A stretch of DNA of 64,000 bases from Andalucia godoyi And28. Lineage: Eukaryota; Protista; Jakobida. The stretch spans positions 248,292-312,291 of the forward strand of contig VRVR01000029.1 in assembly GCA_009859145.1 (NCBI GenBank), written 5' to 3'. Position 1 is the stretch's first letter. Each line of letters starts with the position of its first letter. Both the position numbers and the translations under genes were made by a program. The notes beneath the pieces are model-generated. The model was not told the DNA's origin. It searched no databases and saw nothing but the letters and a program-made list of their open reading frames with translations. Shown piece after piece: positions 30,751 to 40,659 of this stretch.

Positions 30751-32439
30751 ATGTCTGAGAATTTTTGGGAACCAAGCCAAAAGGCACTTGGTGTGCTCAT
30801 CAAGAAGCCTGCATTGACCGAAAAGCTGCTTCAGAAACCGCCGTTTCGGTTTCTTCATGACATTGTAACCGAGCTGCTTGCCTCTGTTCCGGGATTTGGA
30901 ACAGGACTGTTCACTGCTGATGAGGCAGACTCGAAAAAAGCTTCGGAGACGAAGGAATCGAAAATTGAATTTCTTCAAAAATCAATCGATTATGTGTCCC
31001 TGCTGCTGCAAATGCCGCTTTCAGCAAAGCCTGCAAAGATAGTGGCTGGGTTGGAGCCAGAAGCGACGAATGAATGGCTGTTGATGCTGGCGAAGGCCGC
31101 GTCAGACAGGTCCCTCGACTGGTCTGGAGCTGCCCAGCGCATCAATCGCGGCGAAACTTACGACCCTAACAGCGCTCCTGCTCCGTCCAGTGTGCCTAGC
31201 AGCCGGAAAGGCCCAGAGTCCTCCGCTTCTGCACAGCAGCACGGACATGGTGCTGTGGAAAGGCCACCCACGAGCTCGTCGGGCACGAGAACAAAGACAA
31301 CGAGGCCGCCTTCTCAGTCGGGAACTCGACCTGAAGAAGAAGAATTCCCCCCAAAGCCGTCGCGTGAAGATGACAGTCGAGAGAGGGAAAGGGAGAGAGA
31401 GCGCGAGCGTCGAGAACGTGAAAAGGAGAAGGAAAGGGAAAGAGAGAGGGAGAGGGAGAGGGAGCGAGAGCGGGAGAGGGAGAGGGAGAGAGAGCGTTTG
31501 GAGCAAGAGCGAATGGAGCGCGAGCGTCAGGAGGCCGAACAGCTCATGTTGCAGCAACAGCAGCAGCAACAACAACAGCAAGAATATGGAGGCTCTGATC
31601 GCCCAGGTTCCGCAATGAAGAGACCTTCTCGCCCACAGTCTGCGCGACGACCTCCGCCAAAAGTCAAGTCGAATGTTCGGACAGTGGATGACCAGCCACC
31701 CATTGCTGCATCGATTCCGTCTGCTCCGGGTTCTTCACAAGGCGCACGCCCCACGTCCCAGGGCAGGGCGACGACGCCTGCGGGGTCCGTTCTGCCTTCA
31801 GTGGTTCCAGCCGGCGTGATTGTCGAAGGATCCTCCGCCGTAGAGGACGAACGAGAGGAGATCGAAGAAGAGGATCCAACGCTTGCGCTGACTGGCGCAT
31901 CGCGCAGTTCGCAGATGGCACCCGTCGCAGGGTCTGGAGTTGGCTCCAAAGACGAGTTTGGATTTGAACCGAATAACCAAGATGCGACACACGGCAAGCT
32001 TGTTCGCGAGATTTTGTCTCTTCAGAGCGGAAGCGCAGAGGAAAAGCAGCAGCAGTTGCAGGCTCAGAGTGCGTCAACTGGAATTGATCGCCAAATATTG
32101 CAGGAATTAGAAGATGACCGAGCTATGATCCAAAGAGCATGTGCCCTGTCCAATGCATTATCAAAGGGCATGGATTCACTGCAAGAAGATCTCGATTCTA
32201 TGACACGGGAGCGAGAGCAGTGGTCGCGCATGCAGTCCAGATACGCTTCGTTGGCCGATGAAGCTCACAAGGAAACCCAGGCTGCGATTCAACCGTATCT
32301 TGCGCAATTACTCGAGGTGGAGGACAAGATTCGAGAGCAGGACGGACTTATTGCTTCTGTTAAAGGCCGCATTGCAGTGAATGATGCTCGCATCGAGGCG
32401 CTGTTGCGAATGGTGATTGGGCATCTTCCATTTACATAA
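30751..32439 (+). CDS. IFT54: Intraflagellar transport protein IFT54 / TRAF3IP1 (MIP-T3)
   Basis: CH-domain motifs 'LIKKPALTEKLLQKPPFRFLHDIV' and 'AKPAKIVAGLEPEATNEWL'. (ER)n tract. C-terminal coiled coil 'LQEDLDSMTREREQW'. Confidence 0.95.
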   Translation: MSENFWEPSQKALGVLIKKPALTEKLLQKPPFRFLHDIVTELLASVPGFGTGLFTADEADSKKASETKESKIEFLQKSIDYVSLLLQMPLSAKPAKIVAGLEPEATNEWLLMLAKAASDRSLDWSGAAQRINRGETYDPNSAPAPSSVPSSRKGPESSASAQQHGHGAVERPPTSSSGTRTKTTRPPSQSGTRPEEEEFPPKPSREDDSRERERERERERREREKEKERERERERERERERERERERERLEQERMERERQEAEQLMLQQQQQQQQQQEYGGSDRPGSAMKRPSRPQSARRPPPKVKSNVRTVDDQPPIAASIPSAPGSSQGARPTSQGRATTPAGSVLPSVVPAGVIVEGSSAVEDEREEIEEEDPTLALTGASRSSQMAPVAGSGVGSKDEFGFEPNNQDATHGKLVREILSLQSGSAEEKQQQLQAQSASTGIDRQILQELEDDRAMIQRACALSNALSKGMDSLQEDLDSMTREREQWSRMQSRYASLADEAHKETQAAIQPYLAQLLEVEDKIREQDGLIASVKGRIAVNDARIEALLRMVIGHLPFT

Positions 32440-32698
32440 AAAAGAGGATTTCTGTTTCCCCACCCCCCGCGCTTCTTTCTTCCTCGTCACCAATCCAATT
32501 AAGCAAAGTTCTTTCGCTCCCCAGTATATTAATTTCAGATTCTTATCATTGCTTGTTTGCGGCGCTTGCTTTTTCGGCGCCTGCTTTCCTGCGTCTGCGG
32601 TTGTGGCTTGTGTGCCCCTGCTGCATTCTGGTCTCCCCCGAAAGGACATTGGCCGTCGGTCCAGAAATCCTCTTTAACTGTTGTAGATGACGCCACGC

Positions 32699-32709
32699 TT
32701 CCCGCCAAA
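32699..32709 (-). promoter_or_regulatory. E2F/DP-like site TTTGGCGGGAA upstream of SCC3
   Basis: The plus strand reads TTCCCGCCAAA, 318 nt upstream of the SCC3 ATG. Confidence 0.4.
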
Positions 32710-33026
32710 TCGCAGAACCCAAATGCTCTCTCTCTCTCTTTTTCACGTGCAAAAGCGTGCTTTTTCTCTTCATTCTCGTGTCCTCCTCACATTCCCCATT
32801 TTTTCTTCTTCTTCTTCAAACAAACAGACAAACAAATAAGAAACGTGATTTATTTTTCAAAACTTATTTTTCACTTATCTTTTCACTTATCTTTTTATTT
32901 TTATTTTTATTTTTATTTTTATTTTTATTTTTCTTCGCTTAACTTCCTTTTTCGCTTTCTTTACCTTTTTATTCCAGTGTGATCGTTTCCCCCTGGTTCT
33001 GGTTCCTGGTCCCTGTTTTCGAACAA

Positions 33027-36000
33027 ATGTCTGAATCACGGCGAACGTCGGCCAGAATTGCAGCGCGTGCTGCCTTGCTTCCGGACAAGTCCACCGCCGC
33101 AGACCAACAAGAGTCTGAGGACGAGGTGTCAAGCAATCCCTCTGACGGTGATGACGATTCGTCCAGCAATGGCAGATCGGAGGGCGATTCAGACGGCGGC
33201 GTTGGCAATCGTCGCAATCACAATCGCAATGAAGATGCAGACGCAGATGGGGATGAGGATGAAGATGAGGAAGGACGCAGAAATAGCAGGGCCGCTCCAC
33301 GTCGCTCATTGTCTGCGCGTCAAAAGAGCGTCGCGTCCATGCAAACGACAAGCAAGAGTAAACCGGAAGTCGCTGGACCGCGTTCAAAAGCGACACGGCA
33401 ACAATCATCTTCGAAAGCTGTGCGACGTTCGTTGGACACTGGCGATATCATTTCCGCGTTGCCAACTATGGTTTCAGACAAGTGCGCTGCCCAGACGTTT
33501 TCGACATTGGCATCCGCAGTGTCGTCTTCTGTAGGATCGTTCGGTGCGTCTCTTTGCTTGCTCTCGGGATGTGTCGACGAAAATGTGTATCACAGCTGCT
33601 GGAAGAGCTATGACACAAAGGAAAAGTCCGACGTCGCATTAGCAAATGTTTTAAAGTCGATTGTTCCCAAATTTTCTGCTGAACCGACTCCTCGAAATGG
33701 CGTCGAAGACAACGTTGCCAGTGCGGGTGCCGGTGCCGGTGCGGGGGACAACGACGACGACGATGCATCTTCTTTCTCAAAGAATGTCTGCAAATTGATG
33801 TTTGAGCGTCCCCGGCCGAAGCGAACGCACCGGTTGCATAACAATGTTTCCAAACTGTTTTCTGTCGTCGCCAGGAACATTGTGAGCTCTCCAGACCGTG
33901 ATGCTTTCCTGCAGGTTTTATCCAGTCTTTCATCCTCCAACGTTCGCTCATTGCGACTCTTCAGCACAGCCATTGCATTTCTCTTTTGCGATGTTTGTTT
34001 AAACATGTTTTCGTCATCTCCGGATGCTCAAGAGGTCTACAACTCGCTGTTTTCGTCTGTGTTTGTCCACCGATACCGGGATGCAAAATCAGAACATGCG
34101 CGTGCCTTGTCTGTGTGCGCGGTCACCGCGTGGTGTCGTCTTGAAAAGGAGAGCGTTTGGAAAGATTCCACAACCAAGTATATCGGATGGATGTTGAATG
34201 ATACGAGTTCCTTTGTTCGATTCTGCGCAACGTACGGCCTCTATGTTCTGGCATCTCAAATCCCGGCAAGCCAAGAATTTTCATCCTGGGGCGTCTATTT
34301 TGAAGCGTTTGAACAGTTCTCCTCAAAATCCGATGTTTCCGTTCCGTCTGCTCCTTCAAACACGCTCGAGGCAAAGGAAAATCCTTCCAATGCGACATCG
34401 AAAGCGAAAGGAAAGGGTAAGAAGGCAGCGTTGCGCGGCACGGCTGAGGAAAGTGAGGAGGATAAAATCGATGCTTGCCGGATGACGTTGTTTGCGCAGC
34501 GGTTTCTGCCTCGTCTTTTCGACATGGCCACTTCAGACATCTCTCCAAGGGTCTGTGCTGTGTCACTACTGGTGTTTCCGTTGTTCGTTGAGACCTCCTT
34601 GCGCAAACCAGAAACGGGTTACCGTGGGAATCGTTTGAACTCCAAGTCCGTGTCCCACGATCAGCTTGTGCGCATTCTGTCCTTGTCTTCGGACAAACAT
34701 ATGTTTGTTTCGCACGCCGCCTTGTCTTGCGTGGAATCCATTTGTACAAAGAATGTTGGTGTTTGGTTGCAAATCCTCAAAGACGTGCCGGCCCAGCTGG
34801 TCGTCGAAGCAATTGCTCGATTCATGAGAAGCACGATTCTGGGATTTTTGCGGTCCGGGCTCTGTCCAGACGGCCTTGAAATTGATGATTCAGATGAAGA
34901 AATGCAAACTATCTGGTACCGTTTGTTGTTGGCCGCCCTGGTTTCTCCTGCAGTCAAGAATGTTGGGGCGTTTGCACCTGGTGATGGCCACGTCGAAGAG
35001 GAAGAAGAACAAGGCTCCTCGTCCGCGGACGAATCCGTGACCGAGCTTATTCACTCCGTGATGTCTGTGAATCTGATTGCAGAAGCACGAGACGTCCTTG
35101 ACAAGGTCATCCGTCATCGCCAGATCGCAGTACCATCGTCCCTTGCCGATGTCCTATTGCCCATATTGGCTTGCATCTTCCGGCACTCTTCTGTCGTGTC
35201 GGATATTGACACGCAAACTCTGCAAGGTTTGAGATCCACTGCCCAGGCAACAGCGGACTTTCTTCGGACGACTCCTTCTTTCAAACTATGGGAGGTCTTG
35301 GTTTCGTTGACCAGCGTTCCCTCACTGAAAGCAGATGTTTCGCAAAAGATTCAAAAGGCATTTTCGGACATCATGGTCGTTTACAAGACCATCCCTCTGG
35401 AATCAGTTGCGGCGAGTGTTGATAAGGGTGGGTTTGCAGCGCCCTCTGCGAAGAACGGAAAGCGAAGCAAGTCAAAGGCAGCTGAGGAGCAGATCACAGT
35501 GACCACTACGGCGAACTTGCTGAGCCTCATTGCGTCCGTCGCAGAGACAAGAGATTCTGTTCTGGATGAAGACGACTTTTCCTTTCTAGTTTTTGATGCC
35601 GTCGATTTCTTTTGCAAAATTGTTATGAAAGTGGTGGAATTGGATTCTGACACAAGCCTGTCGCCCCCAGAGCAGCAGTCTTTGCTGAAATCGGCGGGCG
35701 AAATTTGCTCCTCCGTGGTCCGAGTGTTGATTTTCAATTTGGAGGCGGAAAAAGAATCCGAGGACAAGTTGTTTTCCGACTCGATTGATCGAGTCGTTCG
35801 GGCATTCTGGGATTGCTTCCAGCAACTGAAAGCGCCAAGATCTTCCTTGGCGTTTGGAATCCATTGCATTTTGCTTGCGAATCTGGTTGATTTGTGGTGC
35901 ATCGGCAGCTTTTCGTACATGCTGCCGGAGGGAAAGCGCCGCGATATTCTGACGACTGTCGAGAAGAACGCATTGTTTGACAGAGTGGTTGCCTGGGCCG

Positions 36001-36908
36001 CTGAAACGCCGTCATCCCTGATGTTGGATGCAGACAACCACATCGACAATCGCGAGCGTGGGCTTTTTTGCTTTGTTTCGCTCCATAGGTTTATTCACGT
36101 TGCAGGGCTAGGGCTCATGAATGCGGTGTTGTTTGCGTCTCTGCTTCTAGTCGAGCAAGATGTGGATGATCAGTATTCCATTTCGACGGAGATTGGAGTT
36201 TCGGAAGTGCTGAAATCGTCGATTCCCACTGTCACTTCTCAGGAATCGTTCCAAATTCGGGATCTAGTCAATGTTCACGAAGCGGTCGTGCGAACGAATG
36301 CTTTGGATGGTCTGTCTCGACTTGTGGAGTTTACCAAGCTGCACTTTTCTAAAAAGGGCCTTCCGTGGTTCTCCTTTGCCTCTTTGCTGTACGAAAAGGT
36401 CTCCTCTTCATGGAAGGAAAAGTCTGCTGTGCTGGAAGTCGTTTCTCTGTACGACACAATGTTTTCCGTCGAAGAAAAAACTCTGCTTGCGGACAAGTAT
36501 CCGTTGATCAAGTTTTCAAGGCGGGACCCAGTCAAGATCCCCAAGTCCCGATCGAACCGTGCTTCTTCACCAGAAGATCGTTACCAACCGAAGTCACGTC
36601 GTTCTCCAGTGGGGTCGTCTGCCCAAAAGTCAAAAACGCCCAAAAAACCCGCATCTCGCCGTGGAAAGCCAATCGTTGTCACAGAAGTTGTTCGTGTGAC
36701 TCCCTTATCCGTGTCTGTCTCGCCGGCCAATTCAGCAACAGCCGCTGCATCAGCATCAGCATCAGCATCAGCATCAGCATCAGCATCTTCGTCCTCTAGA
36801 AAGCGATCGCAGGCAGAGCCACCGGTTGCGACTACCGACGCTACTCAGGGCGTTGAGATTGACCTCGAGGATGTCCAACGGGTGAAGCGTCGTCGACGAT
36901 TCCTCTAA
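33027..36908 (+). CDS. SCC3: Cohesin subunit SCC3/STAG (stromalin)-like
   Basis: STAG domain 'LSSLSSSNVRSLRLFST'. SCD 'VFVHRYRDAKSEHARALSVCAVTAW…KYIGWMLNDTSSFVR'. caaATG start at 33027. Confidence 0.85.
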   Translation: MSESRRTSARIAARAALLPDKSTAADQQESEDEVSSNPSDGDDDSSSNGRSEGDSDGGVGNRRNHNRNEDADADGDEDEDEEGRRNSRAAPRRSLSARQKSVASMQTTSKSKPEVAGPRSKATRQQSSSKAVRRSLDTGDIISALPTMVSDKCAAQTFSTLASAVSSSVGSFGASLCLLSGCVDENVYHSCWKSYDTKEKSDVALANVLKSIVPKFSAEPTPRNGVEDNVASAGAGAGAGDNDDDDASSFSKNVCKLMFERPRPKRTHRLHNNVSKLFSVVARNIVSSPDRDAFLQVLSSLSSSNVRSLRLFSTAIAFLFCDVCLNMFSSSPDAQEVYNSLFSSVFVHRYRDAKSEHARALSVCAVTAWCRLEKESVWKDSTTKYIGWMLNDTSSFVRFCATYGLYVLASQIPASQEFSSWGVYFEAFEQFSSKSDVSVPSAPSNTLEAKENPSNATSKAKGKGKKAALRGTAEESEEDKIDACRMTLFAQRFLPRLFDMATSDISPRVCAVSLLVFPLFVETSLRKPETGYRGNRLNSKSVSHDQLVRILSLSSDKHMFVSHAALSCVESICTKNVGVWLQILKDVPAQLVVEAIARFMRSTILGFLRSGLCPDGLEIDDSDEEMQTIWYRLLLAALVSPAVKNVGAFAPGDGHVEEEEEQGSSSADESVTELIHSVMSVNLIAEARDVLDKVIRHRQIAVPSSLADVLLPILACIFRHSSVVSDIDTQTLQGLRSTAQATADFLRTTPSFKLWEVLVSLTSVPSLKADVSQKIQKAFSDIMVVYKTIPLESVAASVDKGGFAAPSAKNGKRSKSKAAEEQITVTTTANLLSLIASVAETRDSVLDEDDFSFLVFDAVDFFCKIVMKVVELDSDTSLSPPEQQSLLKSAGEICSSVVRVLIFNLEAEKESEDKLFSDSIDRVVRAFWDCFQQLKAPRSSLAFGIHCILLANLVDLWCIGSFSYMLPEGKRRDILTTVEKNALFDRVVAWAAETPSSLMLDADNHIDNRERGLFCFVSLHRFIHVAGLGLMNAVLFASLLLVEQDVDDQYSISTEIGVSEVLKSSIPTVTSQESFQIRDLVNVHEAVVRTNALDGLSRLVEFTKLHFSKKGLPWFSFASLLYEKVSSSWKEKSAVLEVVSLYDTMFSVEEKTLLADKYPLIKFSRRDPVKIPKSRSNRASSPEDRYQPKSRRSPVGSSAQKSKTPKKPASRRGKPIVVTEVVRVTPLSVSVSPANSATAAASASASASASASASSSSRKRSQAEPPVATTDATQGVEIDLEDVQRVKRRRRFL

Positions 36909-37165
36909 AAAACGAGAGGGAAAACGATGTTGAAAACGGATGCCGAGTATTTCGATGTTTTTCTGTTGCTTGTACATGTTCTATCCATTCGTATGTGTGT
37001 GTGTGTGTGTGTGTGTGTGTCTTCTTTTTTTGTTATTTGGGCTGCTTGTTTGGTGGATAACGTAAAGCGAAAAATGAAATCATTTTTTGCAGAAGATGAT
37101 GCTTTCCTTCCCGAACTCACACGGATGAAGAATGCAGTATCCCGCCTTATTCCACTGTAGTCGAA

Positions 37166-37176
37166 TTTGGCGGCAA
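37166..37176 (+). promoter_or_regulatory. E2F/DP-like site TTTGGCGGCAA upstream of the FANCI-like gene
   Basis: About 145 nt upstream of the ATG at 37320. Confidence 0.35.
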
Positions 37177-37319
37177 AAGAACGAAAGGCTCCGCATTCCC
37201 CGAATATGAAAGAGCAATGTTTCGAAACACAGTTTTCTGATTTTTCTTTTCCTCTTTCTTTCTTTCTTTCTTTCTTTGTTATCATCCAGTCGTGATTATT
37301 TCTCGTCCTGGCTCCCGAC

Positions 37320-40300
37320 ATGTGCTCATTAGAAGAGGTTGTATCGGCATTGATCAACGATGCATCTGCATGCACTTCCAATGCGTCAAGCACCGTCGCA
37401 TCGCTGCTGAACTGCAATGGAACAGAGAAGGATGTTTCCATCGAGCACATCGAGCCTCTGGTCCTTGCTCTTTGCGGGCACGCGAAATCTCCGGTTATTT
37501 TGGAGGTGTTGTTGACTCTCCATGCGTATGCTCCACATCTGGATATTCCTTCAAAGATAAAACATCTTGGCCCGTCTCTGAAAGTTCCGGAAACAAATCT
37601 CGCGTCGTTTTTGGATGCCTTTTCGTCTTCCGGAAGCGCATCGCAGTGTCCATTTCTTGCAAGCTACTTCTGCGAGGTTGCACTCTCTACCATTTCTGAA
37701 GATCGAAGGGATCGCACGCTTGTCGCTCCCATTGTGTATCAGCTCTTGCGGTGTTCTTCGTACACCGCAAGCACCTCGTGCACGAAAATGCTGGTGCCTT
37801 GCGTTTTAAGTCTGCTGGCAGATGGTGGGACAGATGTCCTCTTTCATATTGAGCTGTTTTCAAAGCAAAGCCTCGTTTTCAAGAATGAGCTGGTGGCGTT
37901 CCTGGGTCAGCAGCTGAAGAAGAAATCAGCTGTTGAGAAGTCTGCAGACGTACTGCGACCAAAGGTGCTGTCATTGTTGTTTCGACTGGAAGCAGTCGCA
38001 GCCTTTGCAGTCTCGGACATCCTCGATGCCATATCGTCGGATGTTGAACCGTCTGTGCCGTTTGCCGAGTTTTGCGTGGATCATTTGACTGCAGAGACGT
38101 ACGAAAAGTTACATCCGGTCTTGTTTTCAATGATGATGAATTTTGCCTCGGGCTCACAGCACCAGTTCTATTCATTTCTTGATTTTTTTGTCCAGCGCTG
38201 TCTGCCGAATTCGCCCACGACCGTTTTACGCTGCGTTCCATTCATCCGGATGCTCTCGTCGTTTCCTCCGTCGACTGCCATTGCGACGCGTCTGTGGGAC
38301 TTCCTGACGGCGCTTTTGCCTCTGTCGATGTCTTCGTTTCCACTTTCGGCAGACATTTCAATTTATGGCGTTTTCCTCGGCAAATGTGTGCAGCGGCACG
38401 GAATAGATGCCAGCATCCCATGCTTGAAGTGGATGGCATCTGCTGCAGATGCTCTTCGTCTCCTTTCCGGTTCTGTGGGAATTTCCATTCGCGAAGCTGC
38501 GGTTACCTGCCGCATAGTTTCCTTGCGACGTCACCGAAGGTGCATCATTCAAGGGATACTGTTGTCCAAAAACTTCGAAACTCGACATAGCTCGGAAGAC
38601 GAACTTTGGTTTTCAAAAGTCCTGGTGGATCACTCCATCAAGCTGGAAACCATGGAAGATGTGCATCTTGCCCTTTCGGCCGGAGACACGACGCAGATCG
38701 AGTCCACGATCGACGAGTTTATAGGAAAGGTGTCCCAAATCAGTGACGACGGAGAGGAGTCTGCAGTTCAATCAACTGTGATGTTTGTGCTGTCTCTGTT
38801 GTGGGCTTCTGCGACGCTGTTGTCAGAAGACGGAACGGAGCAAGGAAAGGAATCTACGATTGAGCGATTGACACACATGTGGGCTCTGCTGAAAATGTTC
38901 AAAATTACAATGGAAAAGAAGCAAAAGAAGAGTCAGAAGATGACGACGAAGAAGAACCCACTGGGCGTGTGTCCGGTTCCGAGCGCATGCTCCATTCATA
39001 ACACAATATTGCTTCTTACAGACTATCCGGATCATGAACTCGCGGTCGATGATGAATTCCATCGTCTCTTAAGCGAGACGTACATTGTCTCCCACAGGAT
39101 TTACCGATTCGATGTCGATTTTCGAATCATTTTGACGGAGATCAAGAGCCACCATTCTTCAAATCTGTTGCCATTTATTTTGACGCTGTATGCTGAAAAC
39201 TGTGCGCAACCGTCCTCTGTTATTCAAACGGTACCAACGGTCGCTTCAGCATCTTCTTCGAGTAGTACTGCTGCCGAGTTGGCAGTTAGCGGATGCAGCG
39301 TTGATATAATTCCGTTGCTGAACGAAATTCTTCTGGATTTTCGATATCCGCTGACAAGCGAGGCCCAGATCCGGATCGTGGAGGATGTTGCCACCGAGTT
39401 TGGTGCAGCAGACGTGATCTACTCGAAGGTGCTTCCAGGAATGTTGGCGAACTGCGCATCGCTGAACCAGTACGTTGCGCGTCTCAAGGATCATGACCGA
39501 AAGGTGTCTTTACAAAAGGCGGCAATGCTCCTCAAGCTTCCAATACCAGGATTCTTTCGGTCACTACTTACAAATTCTGTGTCGTCTTTCGGGATAGATT
39601 CGCGAATGGAGCAAAACTTTGGAGAATTGGTTTTTGAAGCCCCGGAGTTTGATGTCAAGATCGCGAGCGGTCGGGAGGACCGAGAGACCGTGCTCAAGCT
39701 CTTGACGACACATCTGGTAGACCAAATGGGTTCGAAGGGAATCACAACGCAGGATATTTCATCGGTTGCGATCCTGCTCATGAGCGACACCGGAGCAGGC
39801 ATGGGGTCTGTCTGGGGTTCTGTCATTTCGTTATACATGTGTGCAAGTCAGTGCATTCGGAAGCACACTCTGGATGTCCAGCTGGCGCAAGAAGTGATTC
39901 AAGAGGTCTCCGCCAGAGTATACGTCAGGCTAAATTCTTCTTACAAACGTCCGCAAAAGGGCGAAACGGCATTTCTTCCAAAGGTTGTATGGGCTGTTGA
40001 GCAGTTCGAAGGAGCGCTTTTAAAGGAGCGCCGGCAGTATGAAGATGCGTTGTCTGTGTTGAAGCGGCCCACGTCTCGGGATCTGCGTGTCGATTGGGAG
40101 GAGGTTGTGACACAGTTGCGCAAAAACGCCACCGACAGCGAGAAGAACGACGACGAGGAGGAGGGAGATGAAACAGATGAAACAGATGAAGCAGATGAAG
40201 CAGATGAAGCAGATGAAAATGAGAATGAGGAGTTGGAAGCGGAGGGGTCCGAGTCGGAATCCTCCGTCGTCGCAAACACTCGTGCTCAATCTGAAAAGGC

Positions 40301-40331
40301 GCATCCTGCCAAACGCAGGAGGCATGGATGA
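37320..40331 (+). CDS. FANCI: Divergent FANCI-like HEAT/solenoid protein
   Basis: C-terminal 'LPKVVWAVEQFEGALLK…LKRPTSRDLRV' matches the FANCI 'IPNLIFAIEQYEKFLI…KLSTSRDFKI' motif. Internal 'IREAAV…ILLSKNFE' resembles 'ARKSAV…LLLLKNFK'. Acidic tail with a basic NLS. Confidence 0.62.
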   Translation: MCSLEEVVSALINDASACTSNASSTVASLLNCNGTEKDVSIEHIEPLVLALCGHAKSPVILEVLLTLHAYAPHLDIPSKIKHLGPSLKVPETNLASFLDAFSSSGSASQCPFLASYFCEVALSTISEDRRDRTLVAPIVYQLLRCSSYTASTSCTKMLVPCVLSLLADGGTDVLFHIELFSKQSLVFKNELVAFLGQQLKKKSAVEKSADVLRPKVLSLLFRLEAVAAFAVSDILDAISSDVEPSVPFAEFCVDHLTAETYEKLHPVLFSMMMNFASGSQHQFYSFLDFFVQRCLPNSPTTVLRCVPFIRMLSSFPPSTAIATRLWDFLTALLPLSMSSFPLSADISIYGVFLGKCVQRHGIDASIPCLKWMASAADALRLLSGSVGISIREAAVTCRIVSLRRHRRCIIQGILLSKNFETRHSSEDELWFSKVLVDHSIKLETMEDVHLALSAGDTTQIESTIDEFIGKVSQISDDGEESAVQSTVMFVLSLLWASATLLSEDGTEQGKESTIERLTHMWALLKMFKITMEKKQKKSQKMTTKKNPLGVCPVPSACSIHNTILLLTDYPDHELAVDDEFHRLLSETYIVSHRIYRFDVDFRIILTEIKSHHSSNLLPFILTLYAENCAQPSSVIQTVPTVASASSSSSTAAELAVSGCSVDIIPLLNEILLDFRYPLTSEAQIRIVEDVATEFGAADVIYSKVLPGMLANCASLNQYVARLKDHDRKVSLQKAAMLLKLPIPGFFRSLLTNSVSSFGIDSRMEQNFGELVFEAPEFDVKIASGREDRETVLKLLTTHLVDQMGSKGITTQDISSVAILLMSDTGAGMGSVWGSVISLYMCASQCIRKHTLDVQLAQEVIQEVSARVYVRLNSSYKRPQKGETAFLPKVVWAVEQFEGALLKERRQYEDALSVLKRPTSRDLRVDWEEVVTQLRKNATDSEKNDDEEEGDETDETDEADEADEADENENEELEAEGSESESSVVANTRAQSEKAHPAKRRRHG

Positions 40332-40659
40332 TTCTGCGCAACAGTTCTTCGCTCGTGTCTTTCATTTTTAATGTTCCGCATAATGGGTTTTGTTGTCCTG
40401 TCGTGCCGGTAAATTGTACAAACAATCAGCTACTCATTTCCCTCCGACTGACACCTGTCGTAACACCGCTGCGGCAATTGTCCCCACTGACGTGTCCGAA
40501 TCCTATCAAAGACTTTTATGTCCGTTTTGTTTTTGTTTTTGTTTTTGTTTTTTTGTTGTTGTGTTATTTTGTATTTTGTATAATTGTTTTCTCGCTGAGC
40601 ATTTTCCGTTTCTCTCTCCTTTTCTCTCTTGTGAGAGAGTTCGAAAAAAAGCACGGCAA

